The notes beneath the pieces were generated by a model that saw nothing but the letters and a program-made list of their open reading frames with translations, was not told the origin of the DNA and did no database searches. Positions 45,373 through 58,600 of a DNA stretch of 64,000 nucleotides are shown here, piece after piece. Position numbers and translations under genes: made by a program. Numbering within the stretch: the first letter of the stretch is position 1; every line of letters begins with the position of its first letter. The stretch lies in the NCBI GenBank assembly GCA_964016885.1, contig OZ024742.1, positions 38,192,001 through 38,256,000 on the forward strand, given 5' to 3'. Origin of the DNA: Eledone cirrhosa (Eukaryota).

Positions 45373-46703
45373 AGGACCGGTGAAACTAGATGAGATGCAA
45401 TTTGGGTTTGTACCAGGAAAAGACACCACTGATGCCCTCTTCCTTGTGAGGCAGTTACAGGAAAAGTACCTAGCTAAAAGTAAGCCGCTCTACCTGGCAT
45501 TTGTCGATCTGAAGAAAGCCTTTGACAGAGTTCCCCGTGCTATAATCTGGTGGGCTCTTAGAAAACTAGGAGTAGATGAATGGCTTGTGAAGGCTGTACA
45601 AGCCATGTATAGGGGAGCAGTCAGCAAAGTTAGGATTAGCACTGACTATAGTGAGGAATTTAGCATACAGGTCAGGATCCACCAGGGCTCTGTTCTTAGC
45701 CCTCTCCTGTTCATCATAGTTTTGCAAGCAATAACGGAGGAGTTTAAGCAAACAGCCACAGGAAACAAGCATCACCAAACTCTGGGAGGGCTCTGTAGAA
45801 ACAGTAGACAGCTTCTGCTACCTAGGTGACCGAATTAGCAGCGGAGGTGGGTGTTCGGAAAGTACAATAACTAGGGTAAGAACGGGATGGAAGAAGTTCA
45901 GGCAGGTACTGCCACTGCTAGCTGCAAAAGTCTTTTCCCTCAAAATGAAAGGCAGACTGTATGATGCGTGTATACAAACAGCAATTTACATGGTAGTGAG
46001 ACCTGGGCGCTGTCTGTAGAAGACTTGCATAGATTAGAAAGAAACGAAGCCTGCATGCTCCGATGGATGTGTAATAGTAATATACGTGAACGGCAAAGCA
46101 TAAATGAATTGAGAGAGAGACTGAGCATAAGAAGAATCAAATGCTGTGTGCAGGAGAGGCGGTTGCGTTGGTATGGACATGTGATGTGTATGAAGGATGA
46201 CAGCTGCATAAAAAGGTGCAGAGCACTAGAAGTCGATGGAAACCACAGAGTGGGGAAACCCAAGAAGACCTGGGATGAGGTGATAAAAGCCGACCTTACC
46301 AAATTACACCTCTCAAAGGCGATGACACATGACCGTGACCTCTGGCGTCACGCAGTAATACAGAAGACCCGACCACCCACAGGTACAAGTCGAAGCTGAA
46401 GCATATAGACAATATGCCCCCACACCCTCCCACTGCAAAGTGGTCGTGGAGGTGCCGCGGCAAAAAAGCACCCAGCCCACACTGTAAAGTGGACGTGTAG
46501 GTACCACAGAAAAAAAGCACCCAGCACTCACTTTAAATGAGGTTGGTGTTAGGAAGGGCATCCAGCTGTAGAAATCAAACCAGAATCAGTTCCCGCATGA
46601 GCAAGACAAGGTCAGCCGACCGGCTACTGCCCACAACAGGACAACCCGTCTAACCCATGCTAGCGTGGAAGAACGGACATAAAACGGTGATGATGATGAT
46701 GAT
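45373..46703 (+). mobile_element. 5'-truncated RTE LINE, same family as 17641-20436, with internal deletion
   Basis: Near-identical RT and 3' UTR; ~341-bp deletion at ~45748 removes YADD and the Cys-rich insert; (GAT)n tail. Confidence 0.93.
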
Positions 46704-46709
46704 ATACTA

Positions 46710-46744
<35 letters not shown>

Positions 46745-46747
<3 letters not shown>

Positions 46748-47058
46748 TGTACCCCTGGCATTCACCGTCCCGGTTATTTGCGGAATTTTTGTTAGAACCT
46801 AACTAATAATTATTCGTGGAAACCACCACATATTTGTGGACTTGTAAATATATTTGATTTTTTTAATGGCTTTTTCGTGGCAATATAGCTTTTAACACTA
46901 AATTAATAATAACAATATACCTCTTTGCATAATTATATTTTACATTATATTTGGACGTTTATAGGCATTTTTATGGACCACGTCTAATATTCGCAGTTTT
47001 TCCCTCTTTGTGGGTGCTCTAGGAATGTAACCTCTGTGAATACTGGAGGGGACAACTG
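46745..47058. mobile_element. pogo/Tigger-like MITE
   Basis: TA|cagtgtacccctggcattcac ... gtgaatactggaggggacaactg imperfect TIRs with CAGT termini. Confidence 0.65.
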
Positions 47059-48236
47059 TTTATATATACAAACCCTTTTCACCATACCCTCCACTCACCC
47101 CTTTTTCTCCTTCACATAACACTGACAAATCTGACAACACTTGTCATATATTCCTGTCATCAAACTTGTCAGCCTCCTTACTGCTGCCCCTCCACTACCA
47201 CTCCTCAGTAACTAATCTCATCATCCCTGTAGACTCCCTTCCACACCTTCCCTCCCTTACATCACCCTGCCAAATCCACCACAACTGCCTTACAGATGAC
47301 GTACTTTCTCATCTTTTCTCCCACACATCATCCCTTAAATCCCCGCTACATTTGACATACATCACGATACCAAATTTGTCATACTCCCTTCCCACCTACT
47401 TATTGTCACTCATCCATGACATAATTATCATCCATCTTATTCCTCCTTCCTCTAAACATGTCATCATCTTCCCACCCCATAGAGTAAAAAGGGCTCTACA
47501 GTTGAGTCAATGACCAGCAACCTCTCTAGTGCTGGTGACACAAAAAAAATCTACCCAATATGAAACATATGTCGAAATCCGAAATGCAAAAAATAACTGC
47601 AACAACAAACAATGACTAGAAAATTAGAGATGAAAAAAAAATTTCAAATTGCCCAGCACTTTCATAATTTATAAAAAACTTGTTTGCATCCAAGCTGTTC
47701 AACATAGCAACCCAAATTTGATGGAACCTGTGGTTAGCTGACTGAGTTTAACCCTTTACAATTTACATTACTCTATATTTACTATTGTATTTTCACGGTA
47801 AACACTTTATTTCCCATAATTATCTCACATAATATCGAATCTATGAGATTTTGATATTATTTATTTTGAGAACAATACTTTTACATAAGTATGAGCAGCC
47901 AGTTATGGCCAGTTTGAACAGAAGGAGGTGAGAGAATTCTGGCTGGATACAACCGGTTTAAATGCTAAAGGGTTAATGGTTAGAGCACTTGGTTGGAATT
48001 TGCAAGATACAAAGTTTGATTCTCCATAGTGGCTGATAGTTGCTCTTTTTCATCTTTAGAAGTATTTTACTTGATTTTTCTAAGCTATTATTTGTAGGCA
48101 TAGATTAGTGTTACAATTATTTTCTGCATTTAGGATTCCTAGATTTTTAAAAATTTCACTGCACCCACCACTTTGATAATTTATTAGAAACCTATACACA
48201 CACACATACACACATATGTATATATATATATATATA

Positions 48237-51200
48237 GACTGCGGAATCCTGGAGAGTGGAAGGGAGAGAAAAATCTGGACGCTCAGCGAAAATGCCAAAG
48301 TTAAAGACAAATTCACCTCGTGGACGAGAATGCGAGCACTCCTCTTTGTTTCGTCCGCGGATGGCTAACATAACCCCATCTCCCCCCGCCCCCAAACGCA
48401 ATCCAAAACTTCAGAGTTGGTACCATAAATGTAGGCACCCTAAAGGGTCGCGCTAACGAGGTTGTAGAAATGCTTGAACGTAAGGAGGTCGATGTTTGTT
48501 GTATTCAAGAGACCAGGTGGAGGGGTGGGTCTGCTAGATTCATTGAGGGTAAAAAACGATGTTATAAGCTTTTCTGGGTGGGAAACAACGATGGGCTGGG
48601 TGGAGTAGGAATCATGGTAGCAGAAAAGTGGGCAGATAAGATAATAGACGTAAATAGAGTGAACGACAGAATAATTAAAATACGACTTGTCCTCAATAGA
48701 ACTACGGTGACAGTAATATCTGTGTACGCACCCCAATCCGGACTGCCCGGCACTATAAAAGACAGATTCTATGAGACACTGATGCTAACTACCTCCCAAA
48801 TATCCAACAGTGACTATATAATTATTGCAGGCGACCTAAATGGTCACGTTGGACAACATTGTGACGGCTACGACGAAGTCCATGGAGGCTATGGGTTTGG
48901 TACTAGAAATGAGGAAGGCTCCAGAATCCTGGAATTCTGTGATGCAAATAACCTAACTATCTGTAACACTAACTTCAAAAAACGTGACAATCACCTGATC
49001 ACCTATAGATCCGGGGAACACACAAGCCAGGTAGATTATATCCTTACCAGAAGACGTGACAGAGTGTCTGTTGTAAACACTAAATCCCTCCCCCATGAAG
49101 AATGCACCTCCCAACATAGACTGATAATTAGCGACCTCATAGTCAGGACGAGACGTACTCGACAGCAGAAGAGGACTATCCTCAGGAGAAAAGTATGGAA
49201 GCTAAAGGACCCCACAGCCAGAAATAAATTTCAAAGCATATTACTTGATGCTTTCGACAGTAAGGAAGAACATTTAGAGTCGGACAATATAGAGGGACAG
49301 TGGGAATTTCTGAAAGCAAATCTGCTGATGGCGACAGACGAAGTCTGTGGCTGGAGCAGGCCTGTAGGCAGAAGGAGAGTAACATGGTGGTGGAACAGTA
49401 AGGTGGAGGGGTCAATTAAGGCCAAAAAGCAGGCTTGGAAAGTATGGCGGGATGGGGGAAGTAGAGAAGGCTATCAAGTGGCCAGGAGGGAAGCTAGGAG
49501 ACAAGTGTACTTAGCAAGAAGGGAAGCAGAGGAAAGAAAGTTCAAGCATGTTCTACAACGTGAGGACCAAAAACGTGAGGTGTTCAGGATTGCTAGGCAA
49601 TGCGTCAAGGAAAACCGTGATATTGTCGGGGAGAAGTGTGTACTTAACGATGATGGCACACTTGCCATCACCGACGCTGATAAGAAGGTAGCTTGGAAGT
49701 GTCACTATGAAAGGCTACTAAATGAGGAGAATAAATGGGAGAAAGACAGTCTCCCCCATATCGACCCAATAGAGGGACCAGCAGTGTTAGTCGAGGGGAG
49801 TATAATAAGTAAGGCAATAAAAGATATGAAGACGGGTAAGGCGGCTGGGCCTTCGGAAATAGTTGCTGAGATGCTGAAGGCATCTGGCACGGTGGGACAC
49901 ACCATGGTCACCCGGATAGTTAACCAAGTCGTACAGAATGGGGTTGTTCCGAAGGACTGGCGTAGCAGCATCATCGTTAACTGTTATAAGGGTAAAGGAG
50001 ATGCCCTAGATAGGAGTAACTATAGAGGCATTAAATTAATCGACCAGGTCATGAAGGTCACGGAAAAAGTAATAGCGCAACTAATCAGAGAGAGAATTGA
50101 CCTAGATGAAATGCAATTCGGGTTTGTGTCAGGCAAAAGTACCACAGACGCTCTTTTCATTGTACGACAACTACAGGAGAAGTACCTAGCTAAAGGTAAA
50201 CCCCTCTACTTAGCTTTTGTCGACTTGGAGAAAGCCTTCGACAGAGTCCCCCGCTTCATTATCTGGTGGGCTCTTAGAAAACTAGGCGTTGACGAATGGC
50301 TTGTGAGGGCTATACAAGCCATGTATAAAGAAACAGTCAGCAAGGTTAGAATTAACAACTACTATTTATTATTGCCCTTCAGGCTATAACAGAGGAGTTC
50401 AAGACCGGCTGCCCATGGGAACTCCTATACGCAGACGACCTGACACTCATAGCGGAATCAATGGCCGAGCTAGAGAAGAAATTCCAAACATGGAAGCACG
50501 GCCTAGAGTCAAAAGGACTTAAAATTAACCTGGCTAAGACTAAAGTTCTAGTTTGTAGGAAAGAAAACAAGGCGGCGGTCCCTTCTGGGAAATGGTCATG
50601 CTCGGTGTGTAGGAAAGGCGTAGGTAGAAACTCCATTTTATGTCCTAAATGCAAAGTATGGGTGCATAAAAGATGTAGTGGGATCACAGGTAAGCTAACT
50701 AAGAACATAGATTTTACATGTGGCCGGTGCTCTGGTGCAATAAGTAGCAGCAAGTGCCTACAAAATACTAGCTCTTTCAATTGCGCAGAGGGTTCTATAG
50801 AAATAGTGGACAGCTTCCGTTACCTGGGCAATAAAATCAGCAGTGGGGGAGGGTGCTCTGAAAGTACAGTAGCTAGAGTCAGAACTGGTTGGAAAAAGTT
50901 CAGAGAGCTTATACCACTATTAGCCGCTAAAGGGTTCTCCCTAAAAATGAAAGGCAGGTTGTACGATGCCTGCATACGAACAGCAATGTTGCATGGCAGT
51001 GAGACCTGGGCATTGTGTGCAGAGGATATACGCAGACTAGAGAGGAACGAAGCTTGCATGCTCCGCTGGATGTGTAACAGTAATATACGTGAACGGCAAA
51101 GCATAAACGAACTAAGGAAAAAATTAGAGATAAGAGGGATCAGATGTTGTTTACTCGAGAGAAGGCTACGTTGGTATGGACACGTGATGCGCATGAAAGT

Positions 51201-51755
51201 CGATAGCTGTATAACAAAGTGCAGGGCAATAAAGATAGACGGTAGCCATGGAATAGGCAGACCTAGAAAAACCTGGGACGAGCTGATAAACTCCGACCTC
51301 ACACACTTACACCTCTCCAAGACAATGTCACTGGACCGAGATCTTTGGCGCTACACAGTAATACAGAAGACCCGCCTTGCCTAAGTACAAAGCAAAACCT
51401 ACAGTCAGTAGGCACCTCTAACAAAAATACATCCCCATCCCACCACCCCCACCCCTTTCGATGTAAAGTTATGTTTGTACCACAACATCCAGTCCGAAAT
51501 AAATGAGGTCGTGTAGGTGCCACGACAAAAAAACACACAGTCCACGCTGTAATGTGGCCGTGTAGGTAACACGGTAAAAACCTCCCAGTCCACACTGTAA
51601 ACGTGGTTGGTGTTAGGAAGGGCATCCGGCCGTAGAAAATCCACCAGACAGTCCTATACGAGCAAGACAACCAATCTTGCTTCAAGTGGGAAAATTCCCG
51701 TCCAAACCTATGCAAGCGTGGAAGATGGACGTTAAACGATGATGATGATGATGAT
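48237..51755 (+). mobile_element. Near full-length RTE LINE (sister family), inserted at a (TA)n tract
   Basis: APE (RVGTINVGTL, IQETRW, SVYAPQ, GDLNGHVG, SQHR) plus RT across ORFs 48470-50389 and 50461-51384. A ~60-nt frameshifting deletion at ~50360 removes GVHQGS. 3' UTR and (GAT)n tail present. Confidence 0.95.
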
Positions 51756-51924
51756 ATTAGATAATACATTATGTATATTTATAACTCCTATTATTCAGCA
51801 TGAAAATGTGTGACAAGGTTGGCTCTTTAAATTGCAAGTACAATTTTTCCAGCTGAGTGAACCGAGCAGCATAAAATAAAGTTTCTTGTGAATGTATGTA
51901 TGCCCAACTATCATAATATTCCGT

Positions 51925-51965
<41 letters not shown>

Positions 51966-51993
51966 TAGAGAGAGAGAGGGGGGGGGGGGGGTT

Positions 51994-52260
51994 ATATAAA
52001 AACATATATAATACGTTTACATACAATAAACATTATAGGTAGCCAGCTGCCAAAGAAAAGTATTTTTTGTAACAATACGAAAAGAAAAAAAAAAATTATT
52101 TTTTTCTGTGAATAGGTCACTATGTTTTGAGAATGTCAGTCAGTGCTGTTTCAAGATTTATTAATTTTTCATCAGTGACACTCACTCAAAACATACTGGC
52201 ATGAAATAGACAATCTATATCAAATTTTGTGTGATGATCACTTGCTGGAGATGTTCATTT
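51994..52260 (-). mobile_element. Copy A (inverted, one TIR) of the hammerhead-bearing TIR element
   Basis: Reverse complement of 52426-52700. Minus strand carries tgtca CTGATGA aaaatt aata aatctt GAA ACAGCACTG AC tgaca. Confidence 0.8.
52121..52200 (-). ncRNA. Type I hammerhead ribozyme motif, copy A (cleavage triplet GAC instead of GUC)
   Basis: Long bulged stem I (tatgttttgag-tg-agtgtca / tgacatt-ctcaaaacata), intact CUGAUGA and GAAA, stem II with one mismatch. Confidence 0.8.
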
Positions 52261-52313
52261 GCATATAGTGCGAGCTTGGCTGATTATATTTAATTGACAG
52301 TAGCACTAAGATA

Positions 52314-52721
52314 GTGTTTAATCATAATAGAAGTGTATATGAAAACATATGTAATACGTTTAAATATAATAAATATATGGGTAGCCTCGCTGCTGAAGAA
52401 AAATATTTTCTCAGAACGAAATGAAAAATGAGCATCTCCAATAAATGATCATCACACAAAATTCTATATAGACTATAGTCTATTTCATACCAGTACATTT
52501 TGAGTGAGTGTCACTAATGAAAGATTAACAAATCTTGAAACAGTACTGTGATATTCTCAAAACATACTGGCAACTCTGATGTATTCACCGCGAAAAAATG
52601 AATTTTTGTTTTTTTTTATGGAAAATTTTTTTCTTTGGCAACAAGGCTACACCTATGTTTATTGTATGTAAAGGTAATATATATATTTTTTTTCATATAC
52701 ACCTCTAATATGCTTAAACAC
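52314..52721 (+). mobile_element. Copy B: ~410-bp element with ~100-bp TIRs enclosing a hammerhead motif
   Basis: 52314-52410 and 52621-52721 are imperfect inverted repeats (gtgtttaa-cata-taga-gtgtatatgaaaa...gtagcct-g-tgc--aagaaaaa-attttc). Confidence 0.8.
52490..52571 (+). ncRNA. Type I hammerhead ribozyme motif, copy B (G5 to A, 2-nt loss at the cleavage site)
   Basis: agtgtca CTAATGA aagatt aaca aatctt GAA ACAGTACTGT gatattctcaaaacatactggc; perfect stem II and palindromic stem III. Confidence 0.8.
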
Positions 52722-55474
52722 CAATTTTGTATATATATAAACGTGTGTGTGAAATACAGACAATGCATTTTTTATATCAGTCATGTTGCTACAATACAAA
52801 GTTCTCTTTTCAGGCACAAGGTTCAAGGTTTTAACCTTACATTTATTCCTGTAAACTGTTGTTTCTCTAAAGTTACTCTTACATTTAAACCTGTATGTCA
52901 TTTATACATATATGCCAAACATTTATATAATTATATCCTAGATATTAATAATTGAAATATCATTCTTATCTTTAATCACTTCTGTGTGTCAATAATCAAT
53001 ATAAACTATGGGGTTTCTCTTATTCAAATTATCAATTTATTAAAACAGAAATCTCCCAGGTTGTATGGTTGTTCATCTATCTATCATATATGAATAGGAC
53101 CCGTCCCACCCTTGCAAGCAGGGAAAAGCAGACGTAAAATGACGATGATTAACCCTGGTATATATGATATACCAATCTTGGACTCCAAAAATTAAATACA
53201 TTCAACACTATAACTGCCATTATTGAGAGCATGGGTCCACGAGTTTATTATATATTATGATTACTATAAAATCTATAATAAATATATTATTTATATTAAA
53301 TGTATTAGATTTTGAAGGATTTCAGCAGGCCAAATCAGTAAGGGATTGGCTTACTGAGCAAGAGAAGAGGGGAACATGAAGGTGATTATTCCACTAACAA
53401 AACTGCAATGTTGTTATGGCTAAGAGAAAAAATTAATTTGTGACCACAATAATCATGTTACCTGGCTGACAGCCTGTCACCAAAATAGTAATTAATCTAT
53501 TATCTGTCCAATGTTGTTGCACCAAAACCTCATATCCATCTGATTCTCATTAACATCCAGTAATGATTTAGCAGAAAATATCTAAAAATAAATTTAATTC
53601 AAATGTTTGTAGTATCTTTACTAGTGGACAGATTGTGAAAATTTGCAGTATTGGAGTAAAGACTTTAAAATATTTAAGATGATGTAGTCATAGTGCTATT
53701 TTGTATATTTCAAGAATATCTTGTTAATGTTGTTTCATGTGGTACAGGATGTTAAGAGTTAAGAAGATAATCATCAAAGAAGAGTAAGAATCTATGGTTG
53801 CTACAACATTAAGAATAACTGAGAAGAGAGGTGAAAAGCTGAGCTGACATGAGGTGAGCTGGTTAGTCACTTCACTAATCAGATTATCTAAGAGCGATAA
53901 AAGGGAGGAAACAAAGCTAGTTTAGTTAACAAAGAAGCTGTTACTGACAATGGCTATGTCAACAATACCATCTGTTGTTACAGTGATGTAATTAAATGCG
54001 ACATAAAACAATTAGAGTGGCGACTTAAAAGTTCAAACAATGACACAGCTCAATAAAATAAGTACCAGTAATGTTTTGGAATTAACCCTTTTTATACAAC
54101 CCCATCTGAAACTACTTAGATTTAGAATACAACACCAGTCATTTTAAAATGTTTATATTTATATTAAATCCTTTCATCATGATTTATTTTAAGAAATGTT
54201 TACTAAATAATGTTCTAAATATCAGTTTATTTTATTAAATTCCTCCAAATATTAGAATATTTTCAAAATCGATAATGTAAATATGAAAGCAGTCTGATAG
54301 TGTTGCCTGAATGCCCAGTCGGTTTTAAGCCCGTCTGCTTCTGGCACAACCTAAAATTACAACAGTTTATGTCACCCAAATGAAAGTCTACCTGAAATCA
54401 CTAGATTTTCATTTTTCCACAGCATATAAACTTAACTCCTTTGATACCAACCTACCTGAAACTGACCCTGTTTTTATGATACAAAACTGCATGTTGTAAA
54501 GCGTTTAGCATCATCATCATTATTACATCAATTTTTCTAGGTTGGCAGGGGTTGGACGGAACTTTTTGAGAATGTTTTACAGCCAGATGTCCTTCCTATT
54601 TATAATAAAACCTTCCATCATAATTTTATGTGAGAAACTTTTGTAAAGTTATATTCCAAACATAAGCTTAATAATAAGAAAGTTAAGCAGTGTTACTAAA
54701 TTTCTTCAACATCTTGAACCAGAATGAATTTTACTGAAGATATCCAAATAGCATGTAGTGATATTAAACTAGACATCAGTTTAATCATAACACTTCCAAC
54801 ATAGGAACCAACTCTCTGATGGGCTTTCACACTGTTTCATTAGAAATGCAGTCATGAAAAGGTTAATTCAGTGTATTTCATTAGAAATATGGTAACAAAA
54901 GGGTTAACCAATCTTGACAACTGGTTTCCACAGGCTATTACTTCACCAGCATATGGTCATGAGTTTCATTCTTGGACCAAGTGGTGTGTTGTGTTCTTGA
55001 ACAAGATACTTCATTTCATGTTGTTTTTAATGATGAGAACGCCCTGCCCCCCTCATCTATCGTTACAACACTCAAGAAACATCCCATGAAATGAAACCAC
55101 ATAGGAGACCAACAAAAATTGTATACATGAGAGCTGTAACAACAATACAATACATTAAAACACCTCAAGAAACCTTATAGGAAACCTGCTTAGGTGTGGG
55201 CTGTAAAAAATTCAAAAACATTTAAATTTCATTTCATTACTTTCTCATCAATTTACTCACCACTAGCTGAGTGAATTTGTATCATTTACTAACATGGAGA
55301 TAATAAATAGCATTTTATAATTTTTATGAAGATATTCCACATCTTCAGTAATTTATATCTTTAACTTATCTTTAGAAAAAAAATGCTTCTGAATTTAAAT
55401 ATAGATTATGATTCTGCAATATATAGATATATATATATATTGCAGAATCTATATATATATATATATATATATAT

Positions 55475-55670
55475 ATAGGAAAAAGTATGACCCCGACGGC
55501 AGAGCTCAAGCCGTTTCGACGGCTATTTCTGAGTCCAGAAATAGTCGTCGAAACAGCTTGAGCTCTGCCGTTGGGGTCATACTTTTTCCTATTTCCCACT
55601 CTACTACCCTAAGTATTGAGTACTCTGGTGCGTTATGGTCCATCTGGTTCCTTACCACAATTCCTTTGTT
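55475..55670. repeat. Element in (TA)n with a 118-bp near-perfect hairpin (55475-55592) and a unique tail
   Basis: 57-bp arms, loop agtc (55532-55535), one mismatch and two G-U pairs. Confidence 0.85.
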
Positions 55671-58600
55671 ATATATATATATATACATATATATATAAAT
55701 AAACAAATAAATAAGTAAATGAATTTATTTCACAAATTCAATTTTTTTTATTTCCTCAACTCTCCACATGGCTGCCTGCCACCTGTAACTTTTTATTATA
55801 CATTTTTAAAAACAAGTCTAGATTTCTGTTTTCAACATCAAAGATTTAGAATTGTAAAAAAAAAAAATGTTTTGGAAAACCATTTTTTAACCCTTTAGTA
55901 TTTACATTATTCTATATTTACTATTGTATTTTCATGGTAAACACTTTATCTTACATAATTATCTCGCATAATATCGAATCTGAGATTTTGATGTTATTAA
56001 CTTCGAGAACACAACCTTAATGTAGGTATGAGTGGCCAGTTTCAGCCAGTTTGAACAGAAAGAGGTGAGACAGTTCTGGCTGGATATGGCCGGTTTAAAT
56101 GCTAAAGGGTTAAATATTTTTTCTTGGGGTTCAATCAATCATCAACCATTTTTGGTTGCATTTTATTAAATCAAGGTTTTATTGACAAAAAATACTCAAG
56201 CTAAAATTAGTCTTCTTTGATGTTGAACGCAGAAATTTGAAGAACTTTTAAACACATACAAAAAATGTTACAGAGACTTGATTAGTAATTCAATTTGTGT
56301 GAAAAAAAAAATATAATCTATATTTAAAGAATTTATATAATTTAGAAGCAAACATTTTGAATAATGGAGCAACCTGTTCATGATGTAAATTGCAAGTAAC
56401 TGAACATTCCAGACACACGTACCCATAATATATTCCTCGAGGAGACTCAGTGTGACAATGTGTGAAAAAATTGGCTCTTTCAATTACAGGTACAGTTTAT
56501 TATTGCCAGTTGAGTGGACTAGATAGAACAACATCAAATAAAATGTCTTGCTCAAAGACACATGTCATCAGAAATTGAACTCACAACTTTACAATCATGA
56601 GCACCCTAACCACTAATCCATGTACCTTCAAATGAGAGCAGCACTCATATATACAGGTATGAACCTCCACACAGAAGAAAATCCAATCATATACAAGAAA
56701 AGAAAGATACATGAATGTTTACATGTTGGTTAACAAATGAAATTTAATTGAAAAAGAAAAGTATCACTCCAGCAGTACACGATGATGATAGTGGTGGAGA
56801 TGGTAGTGAAGAGAGGTTTATCAAATCAATAAGTTAATAATAATAATGGTTTTTGATTTAGACACAAGGCCAACAATTTGAGGCGAGGGGAAAGTTTATT
56901 AAATCAACCCCAGTGCATTACTGGTACTTCATTTTATCAACTCTGTAAGGACGAAAGGCAAAGCTAACCTTGGTGGTATTTGAACTCAGAATGTAAACGG
57001 CCGTAACTTTATGCTGCAAAGCATGTTGTCCGATGCTCTACCATACGATACTGCCAATTCACTTTGATAATAATAATGTTTCTACTTTTGGCACAAGGCC
57101 AGCAATTATCCCAGTGCATTACTGGTGCTTTATTTTATCAATTCTGTAAGGATGAAAGGCTAAGCTAACCTCAGTGGGATTTGAACACAGAACGCAAAGG
57201 GCAGTAACACTATGCTGCAAAGCATGTTGTCCAATGCTCTACCATTATACTGTGTTTCTCCTGTGGGAGTGAACACCACAAGCCAACAAAAAGACTAGGA
57301 ACTATAATGACCAACAAGAAGATTAAAAAATCAACAGCACAAAAACACATTGACACTGCTGATGTTCTTGGTTCCTGGATGGTCAATTTCCCCCAAATCA
57401 GAAGGATGGAGCCCCATCAAGTGTAATTGATGATGCAGCAATGGATATCACTGCCTGTTCACTGTGGCAAGGCTTTTGCCATCTTTTCGACAGGGTGTAG
57501 CTGAGATACACCATCCAGCTAAAAGTGTAGAATTTGTATATATCATCAGTTAACATATGCTTTCCTTGCTAGCAAGAGTTGGAAGATTAATCACAGACCA
57601 GGTCAGTACTCAAGTGGAGCTCTTGACCTCTCAGACAGGTAAGGAGTCAGCATCTCACATACATTCCTGTCACTTACCAAATGCATTTTATTGTGGCACC
57701 AGCACTAGGGAGGTTGTCATGACTTTGACATAGCTAGAGTCCTCATGGCTTTTTATAGTGTATACGGGGTGCATTTATCATGTAAATCGCCAATAGCAGA
57801 GAGGTTGTTGGTCATAGACTTGACTGAAGGACCCTTATGCTGTTCATGTACACTAACATTACTCATGTAGCAAAGCATGCAAGCTTCATTTTGTTTTAGT
57901 TGCCTCAGATCTTCTGCACTCAGGGCTCATATCTCACTGCCATATAATTTTATTCAGTTTCTCTTTATATTTCATAAAAGTTGAGTGTGTAATGTGGTTA
58001 AATAACTCAATTCTCAAGTTTCATTCTCACAACAGAAACTTGCTTTTTGTGTTAAAGGCAATCAAGATTTATGTAGGGTGTTCAGACATGCTTTGTATAG
58101 ATATCACCGTTTCAGGATTGTATTACATATTCGATAGTGAAAAGATTGAGAACTGTGTTGGACCTCCATAGGATCCGATAATGTTCCAGTTGTTTGAACA
58201 ATGGAACAACCTGCTCATGGATTTAGATTTTTTTCTGCTAATTCATTACAGGATGTTAAGAATTAAGCTGATGTATAAATGATAGAAAGTCAGGTTAGGA
58301 TTGTTTAACAAGCGATTAACAAAAAACAAAAATGCAAGATTTGTTCTGTTCAATACGACAAAAACTCCCGTATTTAACATAAATAACAAAAAAATACAGA
58401 TTTGCTCTAGGAAAACGTTCGCTACATTTCGGATTTTGCAAGATTGGATGTTTGGACTAGGTACGAAATTGAAGCGTGGAGTAGATAGAAAAATGTGTAC
58501 GTTACGATTACATGAGATACACCGTAGTAGGGACAGCAAATGAATTGGCGAAAGTGAGTAAACTTGAAGGGGAGTTTTTATCTTATATATATATATATGT

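Noticed and set aside
48300-48378. HDV-like ribozyme in the 5' UTR of the full-length RTE (acctcgt loop, ggCTAA)
   Set aside because: I could not find consistent P1 and P2 partners; only one long hairpin is supported.
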